From a virus (taxonomy: Duplodnaviria; Caudoviricetes): a stretch of 64,000 nucleotides of DNA. Positions 49,738 to 59,396 of this stretch are shown here, piece after piece. The stretch lies in IMG/VR virus record IMGVR_UViG_3300028581_000010. One strand, given 5' to 3'. The notes below the pieces were generated by a model. It had not been told where the DNA came from, did not search any database, and saw only the letters and a list, made by a program, of their open reading frames with translations. How positions within the stretch are numbered: the stretch's first letter is position 1; each line of letters starts with the position of its first letter. The position numbers and the translations under genes are program-made.

Positions 49738-52460
49738 TCATCCCACACCCATAGCCCGTTCTTAAAATCCCACTTGGTAGCTTTGTCGAATACCGCATCT
49801 TTCCCTTTCCAAGCGTTCGCAGCTACTATCTCGCAGCCAAGCGCGTCGCCGGTGACCAGCCGCACTTTATCGCAAAACATATACTTTAAAACCTCCGGAA
49901 AGTAGTTGTCTTTAAACAGAGCTTTGTGCACTATCCATATTGCTGCGTCATGAATAGTGTTAACTGGATACACGTATTTCATCCAGAGCCCTTCTTTTTT
50001 TAAAAAGGTCCTTAACTGCACTAAAGCATCCCATAGGTAGCAGGCGAGCTCTGATGCTATAGGAAATGCAAGAGATTCATTCAGCCAACCGGCTTTGATG
50101 CCGAAGTTGTCTGTATCCTCGTACAGCAAGCGCATTCCTCGCGCATTGGTTATACGGTTGTGTGCCTCCACTTCATGTGTACACTCCTCACGGTACGCCA
50201 TGTAGCGCTCATACCTTCTCCAGGTACCTAGCGCATATTTGATTGTTTCGATGTCCACCATCAGCCCGTTCTCGGCATAGATGTCTGCCTTGATAGGCTC
50301 GGCAGCAAAGTCTAGTCCTGCTGTGTAGGACACGCGGAATGTAATCCCCTTCGAGATAACATACTTGGCGATATCCTTCTTTGTCAGCTCCGGATCGTTG
50401 AAGTACTCCCGCATCTTTGTTTGGTGGAAGTTGCCCGCACGTATGTCTGCAATGAACAGCGGGTCTTGTGAGATAAACGCCATGATAGCAAGGTCTGCTC
50501 CTGCTATGTCTAGCTCCACCCAGTGAAAGTCAGGGTCTCCTGGGTAGAAGATCTGCCTGATGTTGTTGGGTAGGAACTTCTCCGCGGCCTTTAACTCTGA
50601 GCCGGAGAGCTTCGATATGCCTGGCACAAATATCTCTGGTATATACGACAAAACCTTCGAAGCAGGATTCTGTACGTTAGGCGAGCTCGACGACCTAAAG
50701 TTTTTCAAGAGCTCGAAGAACGAGGCATGTATTCTACCATCTTTTGCGATCGCTGCCCAGTAACTTTGCTTTAAAGGAACCTCCAGATTAGCTAGCTCCT
50801 CCTCGTCGTCCTCTTCCTCTTCCTGCTCAACATCTAGTACCAAACCCTTCTTGGATAAGAACTTAGTGGCAAAGACGCTTACTCGGTTGAAGTTAAGCAT
50901 CAACGAGATGAGATCTAATTTATCTTGTAGGTCTCTATTATGTGGCATGAATTCCAGTTGTTCAGCCAGATTAAACTTGATCGTCGCCAGTGACTTACCG
51001 TTCGACGACGGCGCAAATTGCGCCTGTATGTTTTTCTTCTGCTTGTTGTACCAAGCAGCAGATTTCGGGGATTTGCCGGCCTTAGTGTAATACGCAGGCT
51101 CTAATTCCAAGGTTTTGAACAGAAGCTCTCTTTTCTGTATCGACGAGTTCGGGTTGAACTCCTCTATACCGTAGCGCTCCTTGAGCAATCCCGCGAGCTG
51201 CATCTTCAGCTCCATGTACTTCTCCATGTACTTGTTAGTGACGTCATCGAGAAGTTCCTTATCCACTGGTATGCCGGTATACTCCATGTCTGTGAAGTAA
51301 CTCGTCAGCGGAAGATATACGTTGAAATAGTAATCCTGTAAATGCTCGGGAAAGGCACGCATCATCTTGAGGCAGGCCCTGCGGTGAGATACTGCGTCAC
51401 CAGCACAATAATCATAGTAGACTTCTGGCTCGAGAAATTTCATCTTGGCCATCTCTTTCTTATTGATCTTATGCTCCTTCATCTTTCTAGCAAACTCGAC
51501 GTAGTAGGGCTTGTAGCTGGTGAACAGCCTAATGCCGGTCTCCAACCCTTTACCTAGTCGTGAGTCAAAGAAGGCCACTGCCTTCATGCCGTCGAACGCC
51601 AGCGTTTCATCTGGAAGCTTGAAGCCTCTATGCATGAGCCGCAGGTCGTCAGCGCGGATGTTCCATCCAAGCCTCTCTGCCTGTGGGTGCTCCAATATCA
51701 TCTTCATCGTATCGAGCAGCTCTCTGTTCTCGGTCTTACCGTCTGGAGAGATGTTCAGTATGACGGCGACGTGATCTTCACAGCTATACTGGAACTCATA
51801 CATCACTTCATCGTCAGCCCACTTCTCACCACACCACTCAGCGTCATACCCAATCTTAAACGCACCCTTGTCGATGTAGTCTTGAAGAATCTTCTTGTTC
51901 TCCTCTGGGTCGTTGATGATCCTGTACGTGTAGGGCACGAAGTGCAGGTCGTCGTCGAGCAGTCGTGTGACCATCTCGAAGCTTCTCCGGAACGCGGGTC
52001 TCTTTGTCGGGTCCTGTGCAACAATGAATCCTGGGGCATAGGTAGGCATGAGCTTACCGTAGGGTGAGTCAACAAACTCACCTATGTAGTCGCCCATCTT
52101 GATGTTGGTCTTCATCATTCGCTTGAATACCTCTGCCCCTAGAGTAATGATCACTTTTGGGTTTACATCCTTGACCTCCTGGTCGAACTCCTCTGCAAAG
52201 AACTCTATGTCCTCTGCTGTGGGTTTCTTACCTGCTCCCAACCCACATTTAACCATTCCAGTGAAGTAGACCTTCTCCTGTGGAATGCCAGCCAGATCCA
52301 GTGCTTGGTGCACCTCTGCTGCTGCAAACCCTGCCACACCAAATGCACGCTCTGTTAGGTCATCTGGACTAGGGTGTGAGAAGACTACCATTACCTCAGC
52401 CTCCTCAGGGTCGCCGTTAGGCTCCACTCTTACTTTATCCTCTATAGGTATTCCTGCCAT
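49734..52460 (-). CDS. Family A DNA polymerase with N-terminal uracil-DNA glycosylase-like domain (SPO1-type)
   Basis: UDG4-like N-terminus (VKC..., PKVIITLG); exonuclease YDAE, DAVSH; polymerase motifs LDIAGAD, KGITF...Y, IHDA. Confidence 0.9.
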   Translation of the reverse strand: MAGIPIEDKVRVEPNGDPEEAEVMVVFSHPSPDDLTERAFGVAGFAAAEVHQALDLAGIPQEKVYFTGMVKCGLGAGKKPTAEDIEFFAEEFDQEVKDVNPKVIITLGAEVFKRMMKTNIKMGDYIGEFVDSPYGKLMPTYAPGFIVAQDPTKRPAFRRSFEMVTRLLDDDLHFVPYTYRIINDPEENKKILQDYIDKGAFKIGYDAEWCGEKWADDEVMYEFQYSCEDHVAVILNISPDGKTENRELLDTMKMILEHPQAERLGWNIRADDLRLMHRGFKLPDETLAFDGMKAVAFFDSRLGKGLETGIRLFTSYKPYYVEFARKMKEHKINKKEMAKMKFLEPEVYYDYCAGDAVSHRRACLKMMRAFPEHLQDYYFNVYLPLTSYFTDMEYTGIPVDKELLDDVTNKYMEKYMELKMQLAGLLKERYGIEEFNPNSSIQKRELLFKTLELEPAYYTKAGKSPKSAAWYNKQKKNIQAQFAPSSNGKSLATIKFNLAEQLEFMPHNRDLQDKLDLISLMLNFNRVSVFATKFLSKKGLVLDVEQEEEEDDEEELANLEVPLKQSYWAAIAKDGRIHASFFELLKNFRSSSSPNVQNPASKVLSYIPEIFVPGISKLSGSELKAAEKFLPNNIRQIFYPGDPDFHWVELDIAGADLAIMAFISQDPLFIADIRAGNFHQTKMREYFNDPELTKKDIAKYVISKGITFRVSYTAGLDFAAEPIKADIYAENGLMVDIETIKYALGTWRRYERYMAYREECTHEVEAHNRITNARGMRLLYEDTDNFGIKAGWLNESLAFPIASELACYLWDALVQLRTFLKKEGLWMKYVYPVNTIHDAAIWIVHKALFKDNYFPEVLKYMFCDKVRLVTGDALGCEIVAANAWKGKDAVFDKATKWDFKNGLWVWDD

Positions 52461-52463
52461 ATG

Positions 52464-53909
52464 TTATTTCTTCTTTCCTTTTTTCTTAGTTTCCCAGCCG
52501 TCTGCCTCTGGAAGATTACCAACCTTCTCCCTTCCGGGAATGTTGGCGAATAGCCCGTCTGCTCCTGCAGCGGCCTTGCGCTTTCGTTCTTTAATAGCGG
52601 TGTTGATGCGCTCGTCGGCAGCCTTGTCGTATGGCTCAAAGCACATGAACTCCAGCTCAGCGCGGTAGTCCTTGGCGAAGGCCGCTCCGTGACGTACCTT
52701 CAACGAGAAGATGTTTACAATCTTGTCGGTAGGGGCGTCCTTGCCTATACCTATCATGTAGTCAGCTGGTTTCAGAATTCCCTTGAAGCCTGATATCTCG
52801 TTATTGCTGAATGTTCTACGCATCTTACCAGTAGCCTGGTGTACAAGCCATACCGCAATAGGATGCTCTCCACCTGTCTTATGTTGGCGTGCCATCTGTT
52901 GCACCTCATTAGACAAGCTCTCGTAGTTCTGCCATCTATCATCTACAGGATTTGCAGCTTCGAGAAAGTCCATCTGGTCAATATATACAAGGTCTGGATA
53001 CCAGCCCGTAGCTTGATACTCCTCCTCAATGGCATCCCTAAGCGTGTCCACTCGGATAGGAGCGGCCATGCTTAGGTCCTTCAAACGAAAGTTATCACCG
53101 AGGGCTTCTATCAACTTAGGGTCGGCAAACTCCATGGCCTGCTTCAGCTCTTCCTGTACTGCGAAGTTGCCTTTGTGCAACTCTGTGTACGGCAGCTTAA
53201 ATATATGAGCGTATGCTCTGTTGTTTAGGTTCTCGCCAGGTTCCTCAATAGAGAAGTAGAGCACCTTGGTACCCTGCATAGCTCTGCGGACCGCAGAGAA
53301 TACAGCCAGCGCAGTCTTACCTGTGCCTGAGTAACCGATCATGATTCCAAACTCGGAGTACTTGAGCCCGTAGGAGACTTCATCAATGGTAGGTAGCCCA
53401 AGCCCCATAGTCTGTTCTAGCTTCTTGAACGTTAGTTTTTTAAATGGCTCGAAGCTACGCATCTGCGCCCACTTGTCCACTCCAGCTAAATCCTTGTCAA
53501 GCTGAATAGCCTTCATGGCCACCTCCTTGGCGGTCGAGGAAGACTCGCGGATAATGTCGAAGCGCCTTACTTCTAGAAACGGCTTTATCTGCTTCAACAT
53601 GTAATCCTCGTTGTTCAGCTCATCGGAATACATGAAGGATAGCAGCTCTGCTACTTCATCTATCTGCTCCCGCAGTATCTCGCCGCTCTTAATCGCCTCT
53701 TTGATCTGCATGGCGAGTAGCTCCTGATCCACAGGGGCTGCGCCTATATCCAGAATGAGTTTGGTCAGCACTCGGTATACGTTAACGCTACCAACGTCTG
53801 CTGGTGCTAGCTTGGAGGCTCTGGCTAACTCAAATACCTTGGGGCTGCGAGCTATGTACTTGAGCAATAGCTCGATGAAATCTGCTGAATTGTATGTTGC
53901 TTCTATCAT
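52464..53909 (-). CDS. DnaB-like replicative helicase
   Basis: GYSGTGKT, FSIEE, YIDQMD, VHQAT, KVRHG; start set at MIEAT. Confidence 0.88.
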   Translation of the reverse strand: MIEATYNSADFIELLLKYIARSPKVFELARASKLAPADVGSVNVYRVLTKLILDIGAAPVDQELLAMQIKEAIKSGEILREQIDEVAELLSFMYSDELNNEDYMLKQIKPFLEVRRFDIIRESSSTAKEVAMKAIQLDKDLAGVDKWAQMRSFEPFKKLTFKKLEQTMGLGLPTIDEVSYGLKYSEFGIMIGYSGTGKTALAVFSAVRRAMQGTKVLYFSIEEPGENLNNRAYAHIFKLPYTELHKGNFAVQEELKQAMEFADPKLIEALGDNFRLKDLSMAAPIRVDTLRDAIEEEYQATGWYPDLVYIDQMDFLEAANPVDDRWQNYESLSNEVQQMARQHKTGGEHPIAVWLVHQATGKMRRTFSNNEISGFKGILKPADYMIGIGKDAPTDKIVNIFSLKVRHGAAFAKDYRAELEFMCFEPYDKAADERINTAIKERKRKAAAGADGLFANIPGREKVGNLPEADGWETKKKGKKK

Positions 53910-54442
53910 TTGAAGAATAACCTTTCTGTGTCGTAACCTTTGCTGTCCAGGAACTTTTTTAACTCGGGAGTACATTCAAGCCTGGCTATCTCCCTATATT
54001 TATCCAGAATCTCCTGATCGTTCTTGTTCGATGCTATGATTCTGAACCAGCCGTACAGGCCGTTTTCCGGATATAGCAAGACTTCTCGCTCGCTCCAACC
54101 ACTCTTAATTACGTAGTTGCTTACTATCTCTAGCTGGTTGGCTATCATTCCAGCGAAGCTCTCCTCATCCACGGTCGCCATCTTATTGGCCGGGTTCTTG
54201 CCGTGAGCTACCAGCGTGATGTTGTCCGGAGAGAACTTCATCTTGTTAGGTGCATCATTCCACGCAGCCTGTATGTAACCATCAGCTGGTAGGTCGTTAT
54301 CGATACAGATCTTAGCCATCTTCTCAAACAGCTTATCGTATCGCGGAGAGCTTACATATTGGTATTGTGGGTTGGCTATGCGCTTCTTCTCCACGTAGTA
54401 CTCGATTAACTCTGTTTTGACTTGTTCGATATCTCTTTCCAT
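53906..54442 (-). CDS. Hypothetical protein (possible helicase loader by position)
   Basis: Lies between primase and helicase; ATGA coupling. Confidence 0.6.
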   Translation of the reverse strand: MERDIEQVKTELIEYYVEKKRIANPQYQYVSSPRYDKLFEKMAKICIDNDLPADGYIQAAWNDAPNKMKFSPDNITLVAHGKNPANKMATVDEESFAGMIANQLEIVSNYVIKSGWSEREVLLYPENGLYGWFRIIASNKNDQEILDKYREIARLECTPELKKFLDSKGYDTERLFFK

Positions 54443-55347
54443 TCTTCCTCGATCATGAACTGCAGTTGTTCTGTTGTGGCTTCATCCGGAGATGGGAAGC
54501 CGTATTCCATCGGATTTACGTTGACACAGGTGCGCCCACTGAACGTGAACTCTCGCTGCAGTTGTCTTGCGAGTAGCTGCGTCTTATCGTCTCCATCTAG
54601 AATCAACGTAATCTTTTTCCATCCTAGAATCAACTGTTTTTGTGTGTCTGCTATTCCCTTACCGAGCGTTGCAACCGCATTGGGTAGTTTAAGAGCCTTC
54701 TTAACTCCCTCCACCACAACAACGTTATCGTGCTTCTTGGCCTCATCATAGTTGAATAAATAATTTCCCTTTGGAAACAGGTGCATGTATCTCATGAACT
54801 GAAATCTATCACCGTTCCATGTTCCAGGAATAAACCTAAGCTGCCAGCCTACGAACTCGCCCATGTGGTACACGGGAAAGAACAAGCTCTCTGACGTATT
54901 AAGCGTAAACCCTGAGTCGAATTGAATATTCTCACCGCCGCCACACGGTATGTAGCCTATACCCAGGCTCGAGTAATATTTCATCTTGTACAGCCAGTCT
55001 TTTGTAAGGAACTGGATCACGGGCTCGTCGAAGTCTAGCTCGTGGAGCTGCACAATGTTCTTGTACGGAAGCTTTCTTGCAAAAGGGTGTTCCGTTACCT
55101 CCTTGTCCTCCGCGGATACCTCGAAGCGGAGGGCGAGCTGATCATCGCTCAGCAGTTCCCGTATAGGAACCACCTTGTTGCAGATGAAGCAGTTGCTCAC
55201 AGTCCAGGCTGGAGATAAATATCTTTTCATCTTCTTTGCGTCATGTGCCGTGCAAGTGGGACACACAATGCGGTAACCGCCTCCGGTCACCATCTTTGCC
55301 TTACCAAATTTATCCCGTAGGGATTTTAGTACTGTTGTGTTTCCCAT
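54406..55347 (-). CDS. DNA primase (Zn finger plus TOPRIM)
   Basis: CPTC...CFIC, FFPVY...GWQLR, VVEG, ILDGD. Confidence 0.88.
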   Translation of the reverse strand: MGNTTVLKSLRDKFGKAKMVTGGGYRIVCPTCTAHDAKKMKRYLSPAWTVSNCFICNKVVPIRELLSDDQLALRFEVSAEDKEVTEHPFARKLPYKNIVQLHELDFDEPVIQFLTKDWLYKMKYYSSLGIGYIPCGGGENIQFDSGFTLNTSESLFFPVYHMGEFVGWQLRFIPGTWNGDRFQFMRYMHLFPKGNYLFNYDEAKKHDNVVVVEGVKKALKLPNAVATLGKGIADTQKQLILGWKKITLILDGDDKTQLLARQLQREFTFSGRTCVNVNPMEYGFPSPDEATTEQLQFMIEEEWKEISNKSKQS

Positions 55348-55370
55348 TTGTTATTAGCGTTGTCCTCGGC

Positions 55371-56840
55371 TTATAGCAGCCTTTGCTCAAATGAATGCCA
55401 GTCTATTTCATCTGGTGTATTCACTATCTTAATCGTCCACCCCTGCTGCTTGTAGTATTCCATGCGCTTCTTGGCCATAGACTCGAGGACCGTATCATGG
55501 TTATCCATGAAGTCCACAAGCACGAAGTGTGTTTTTTCTGGAAGGTCGAACTTCTCTCTTTGCTCGGTTGTTAGTATGCGGCTGCCTCTGTAGGCCTCCT
55601 GCAGCACCTCAACCTTGGAGGAACCTCCCGATGCCTGTATCACTACACGGCAGTTAGGAATGTCCACACCTGCTCGGAAAGCGTCTGACGCCACCAGAGT
55701 CTCAAACCTATTGTTCGAAAAGTCGTCAATGGTTTGGTTTTGTTCCTTCGGACTCAGCGCAAACGTACCAACATTCTTCTTGCTCGTCTCCCTGTGCAAA
55801 TACCTGGCCCCTTTGGGTAGATACTTGAACAGAGGTACAAGATGATCTTTCACATGATCTATGAATACGATTGCCTGCCATTTATCAGGTATCTTGCTGC
55901 ATACCTTGCCGATGAGCTCGTTGCGTGTGGCGTTTCTCTTAATGCCGTTGCGCAGCCTCGTCTCTATGCTCATCTGGCTGTCTGGTAGGAATATGTTTGG
56001 CATACGCACCATGTATACCACGCCTGGCACTACAGCACCGGCATCTTCCGCCTCGTCGTAGGGAAAGTAGATTAAGTCATCGCCGAAAATACCCTTCAGC
56101 AACTTATCTGTATTGTTGAACATGCCTTCAGTCGTCGCAGAGTAACCGAATATTCTATACGGCTTTATCTGGTTGAGACACGACTGGAACGTAGGCTGCC
56201 CTGCCGACTGCATCTCGTCTACTAGGAGCAGTTCGCACTTCTCGAGGGCGCAGTTCTTTAGTGACCTAAACGTTGCGATGGTTATGTCGCTGCTTATGTC
56301 ATTTTTACCGTCACCAACTATACCGATGTGCTTGTCGGGAAATAGCTGCTTAAACTTCTCGTAGGTCTGTATGACCACCTGCTTAAGCGGAATGGTGAGG
56401 ATTGTGTTCAGGTTGTTCCAGGCTGCATATGTAATGGCCTGTAGATATGTCTTGCCCGAGCCTCCTGTGGCGTTGACCACGCCACTGTCTGCCTGCCCTT
56501 TGAAGAGCATGTCGAGCACCATATCCACCTGGTAGTCGCGCAGTTTGATCTGTTTGACCCGTGCCCAGTCCGGTGCCGGCATGGGAGTGCGCAGGTCTAT
56601 CATCTTGCACGTATCTAGATTCTTCTCGATGAGCGCCTGTATAGCATGCGCAAATCCTGGAAACGTGTACAGGTCATTCTCGCTGCCGACAGTATAAAGT
56701 AACCGTTGCTCGAAGACACATTGCCGCTTCCAATTAACCGTCTTCATCTCACGATGCTGATACTTCAGAAACTTCTGTATGTATGGTGGGCCGGGCTTGA
56801 TCCGCAGCCCACCGTCGAACCTGGTTACCTCAATGTTCAT
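55371..56840 (-). CDS. SF2 helicase, UvsW-like
   Basis: LRDYQ, TGGSGKT, DEMQ, SAT, GVDIP, QEAYRGSR. Confidence 0.9.
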   Translation of the reverse strand: MNIEVTRFDGGLRIKPGPPYIQKFLKYQHREMKTVNWKRQCVFEQRLLYTVGSENDLYTFPGFAHAIQALIEKNLDTCKMIDLRTPMPAPDWARVKQIKLRDYQVDMVLDMLFKGQADSGVVNATGGSGKTYLQAITYAAWNNLNTILTIPLKQVVIQTYEKFKQLFPDKHIGIVGDGKNDISSDITIATFRSLKNCALEKCELLLVDEMQSAGQPTFQSCLNQIKPYRIFGYSATTEGMFNNTDKLLKGIFGDDLIYFPYDEAEDAGAVVPGVVYMVRMPNIFLPDSQMSIETRLRNGIKRNATRNELIGKVCSKIPDKWQAIVFIDHVKDHLVPLFKYLPKGARYLHRETSKKNVGTFALSPKEQNQTIDDFSNNRFETLVASDAFRAGVDIPNCRVVIQASGGSSKVEVLQEAYRGSRILTTEQREKFDLPEKTHFVLVDFMDNHDTVLESMAKKRMEYYKQQGWTIKIVNTPDEIDWHSFEQRLL

Positions 56841-57046
56841 CTAGGTGCCCGTTGCTTTGCTTTCTTTTTCTTCTTAGGCGGACGGTTTTGCTGCTGCTTA
56901 GGCGCGCGTTGACCAGTCTCCTGATCAACAACGCGCCCAACAGCAATCTTAGCTAGGTCCGCCAGGCTATTGCCTTGCCGCTTGATACCGAAGTATACTG
57001 CGGCCCCAGTCAGTAGTGCTGGAATTATGGGTGTTTCGTCTGGCAT
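56837..57046 (-). CDS. Small basic protein with N-terminal hydrophobic segment
   Basis: 69-aa ORF. Confidence 0.5.
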   Translation of the reverse strand: MPDETPIIPALLTGAAVYFGIKRQGNSLADLAKIAVGRVVDQETGQRAPKQQQNRPPKKKKKAKQRAPR

Positions 57047-57189
57047 ATTTCATATGTGGTATGTATGTGGTCGAAGTGTTGCAGCTTTCTGTCGAGCGCG
57101 GCTATAGCATCCTGTTCGGTGTAAGCCTGCCCAAAGATCTGGAACTTGTTAACTCCGTCCTCTGATACGGTGCATCCTGCTCTAAACAT
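57025..57189 (-). CDS. Hypothetical protein (54 aa)
   Basis: Manual translation MFRAGCTVSEDGVNKFQIFGQAYTEQDAIAALDRKLQHFDHIHTTYEICQTKHP. Confidence 0.5.
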   Translation of the reverse strand: MFRAGCTVSEDGVNKFQIFGQAYTEQDAIAALDRKLQHFDHIHTTYEICQTKHP

Positions 57190-57191
57190 AC

Positions 57192-59255
57192 CTATAGACG
57201 CAGGACGTTGTCAACAGCATCTTCCAATGCTGGATCGTGGTCAATTACTATGATCTGTTTCAACTTGCTCATGTTTTTGAGGTTACGTATGATGTCAAAG
57301 TATTGTTTTTTTGCTGAAGGAGCCAGCCCGTCGGAGCCCTCGTCTACAATCATAAACGGAAAGGATCCACCGAACAGCTCGTGAACGGCTAGCCGCATAC
57401 TCATGCCGACCATAACTTCCTGTCCCCCTGATACAGAGGGCAGTTTGTTACCGGACGAGTCGAATACGTCTATACCGAAGTTATCATTGACTTCCACCGT
57501 ATAAGGGAAGTCGAACGCCGTTAGTATGTTACTCATGCCGACAGACACGTTATTGGCGTATGTCTGAATGAGTAGCCTGGGCAACTTAGATGTGTGGAGC
57601 ACATCGTAGATCTCCTCAAGTACCTTAGCGTAGCGCTGTCTGCGCGCATTGATCTTCACGTCTGTGGCGTGCTTCTCTATCAGGCTGTCGAGCTTATCCA
57701 GCTCTCTCAGTGTCACAGACTCCTGTACCACAAGCTCGGAGCGCTGCTTGTTTTGCTCCTTATACCTAGCTAGCCGTGCCTCGACGCTGAGCAGCTCCGC
57801 ATGCGCGGTGGTGTCTCTGTTGTCGTACGCTGTCGTGCCTGCCAGCTCCACAGTAATGTTCACCTTATGGTTCTCTTCGTTGCGCAACTCAGCCTCAAGC
57901 CTATTCTTCTTCTCTAGCAGCTTGTCGAACACGCCTAGAGTATCGGCGTATTCCTTGTGCGTGTCTGCGTCATACTCGAGGTCTTCAAGAGCATCTAGAG
58001 ATGATTGCTTCTCGCGCCACGAGTTCTGCAGCTGATCCAGTATAGTCAGGTTACGCTTCATTATCTCCAAAGCACGCTTATCGTTCTCAAGCTGCGCTCT
58101 TAGCTCGGAGCCATGGGCCTGCTGCTTAGCAAGGTCCTCCTGTATGTGCGCGATCACGGTTTTGAGATCGTGTATCTCGCTACCACAAGTAGGGCAGGAT
58201 TCAACTTCTGCGCTAAGCCCTTTGCTAGCGTAGCCAGCGAGTCTATCCTTGTCCTTGTTGTACTGCGCCCGAAGTGCAGTTAATATAGCCTCGTCGCCAC
58301 GGATCTTCTGGTCCAAGACAGCGTACTCATCGCGCGTCTGTTCTGTAGCTTCGCATTCAGCCAATCCGCGCTCAATGTTACGCATCGACGCCTGCAAGGC
58401 CTCTTTCTTAGCTACTCTAGGCTTCAGTAGGTCCAGCGTGTAGACCTCCTTCTTGATCAGCTCGTGCTGCTCGGCGTTGTAATAAGCGGACACGGCGGTG
58501 ACCTCCGCCTGCAGCTGCGCAATGGTTTCCTCTAAGCGCGCCAAGCTAGCTTCATGAATGGCTACTGTGAATTCCGACCCAAGGCACTTTTGCAGATAGG
58601 CCTGGCGCACCAACGCCTCCTCCATATCTACTGTGTTATCAGGTGTTGCGGCGAGCTGCGCACGTATAGCAGTCAATGAGGCGGTTGTCTGTGTCTTGGT
58701 CTGCTCCAACGAGCCTGTGGGATGCACTGGTATAAGCGGCGGGGCATTCTTGATGTAATCCTTCCAGACTATATCCCTGAGCCTGGTTGTGTTGGGGACC
58801 ATGAAGATCTTCTGAAAGAGCTTCTCTCTTACAGCAGCATCTCCTGAGAACAGTAGCGCGATGTCTTTCTGCTTGGAGATAACCACGTTCTTCATGATGT
58901 GCTTGTCTATCTGAAACAAGCTATCCCAGAGATCGTTGACCTCGCCGGACTTCTTCAACACCTTGCCATCGTACTTCAAGCTAACCTTGGATGTGTCCAG
59001 GTGTCGCTCGAGAATAGCCAGCTTGCCGTTGATCTTGAAGTGGCCAATGGCGTAGCCGGTGACCTCACCTGTGGTGATGACCGACTGCTTGCTCTCTCCG
59101 TAGTAATCCCCTGTGAGCAGGAACAGAATAGCTTCTACGATACTAGACTTTCCTGCTCCGTTTGTTCCGGAAATACCGGTAACACCGCTTGAGAAATTAA
59201 ACTCCGCCTTGCGATGGTTGCGGAAGTTTCTAAGTATCAGTTTCAGCAGTTCCAT
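57192..59255 (-). CDS. SbcC/Rad50/gp46-like SMC ATPase
   Basis: GTNGAGKSS, Zn hook CPTCG, signature VSGGQ, Walker B IVDEGSDGL, VIDHD. Confidence 0.92.
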   Translation of the reverse strand: MELLKLILRNFRNHRKAEFNFSSGVTGISGTNGAGKSSIVEAILFLLTGDYYGESKQSVITTGEVTGYAIGHFKINGKLAILERHLDTSKVSLKYDGKVLKKSGEVNDLWDSLFQIDKHIMKNVVISKQKDIALLFSGDAAVREKLFQKIFMVPNTTRLRDIVWKDYIKNAPPLIPVHPTGSLEQTKTQTTASLTAIRAQLAATPDNTVDMEEALVRQAYLQKCLGSEFTVAIHEASLARLEETIAQLQAEVTAVSAYYNAEQHELIKKEVYTLDLLKPRVAKKEALQASMRNIERGLAECEATEQTRDEYAVLDQKIRGDEAILTALRAQYNKDKDRLAGYASKGLSAEVESCPTCGSEIHDLKTVIAHIQEDLAKQQAHGSELRAQLENDKRALEIMKRNLTILDQLQNSWREKQSSLDALEDLEYDADTHKEYADTLGVFDKLLEKKNRLEAELRNEENHKVNITVELAGTTAYDNRDTTAHAELLSVEARLARYKEQNKQRSELVVQESVTLRELDKLDSLIEKHATDVKINARRQRYAKVLEEIYDVLHTSKLPRLLIQTYANNVSVGMSNILTAFDFPYTVEVNDNFGIDVFDSSGNKLPSVSGGQEVMVGMSMRLAVHELFGGSFPFMIVDEGSDGLAPSAKKQYFDIIRNLKNMSKLKQIIVIDHDPALEDAVDNVLRL

Positions 59256-59396
59256 TTATTTATCCAAGTATAGAATGACACCCTTCTCAGTGATGTCTGC
59301 GGGCAGCGCAGGCCCAGGCTTCTTAGCCGTGTGTGAACATGCTGTGCCCAACAACAGCAAGCCTACTAGCGCGATTATATTTCTTGTTCTGTGCAT
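59256..59396 (-). CDS. Small lipoprotein (46 aa)
   Basis: Manual translation MHRTRNIIALVGLLLLGTA|CSHTAKKPGPALPADITEKGVILYLDK. Confidence 0.6.
   Translation of the reverse strand: MHRTRNIIALVGLLLLGTACSHTAKKPGPALPADITEKGVILYLDK

Noticed and set aside
49734-59255. Inteins or introns in polymerase, helicases or SbcC
   Set aside because: Lengths are ordinary; no C...HN/C-S-T splice motifs or frame breaks seen.
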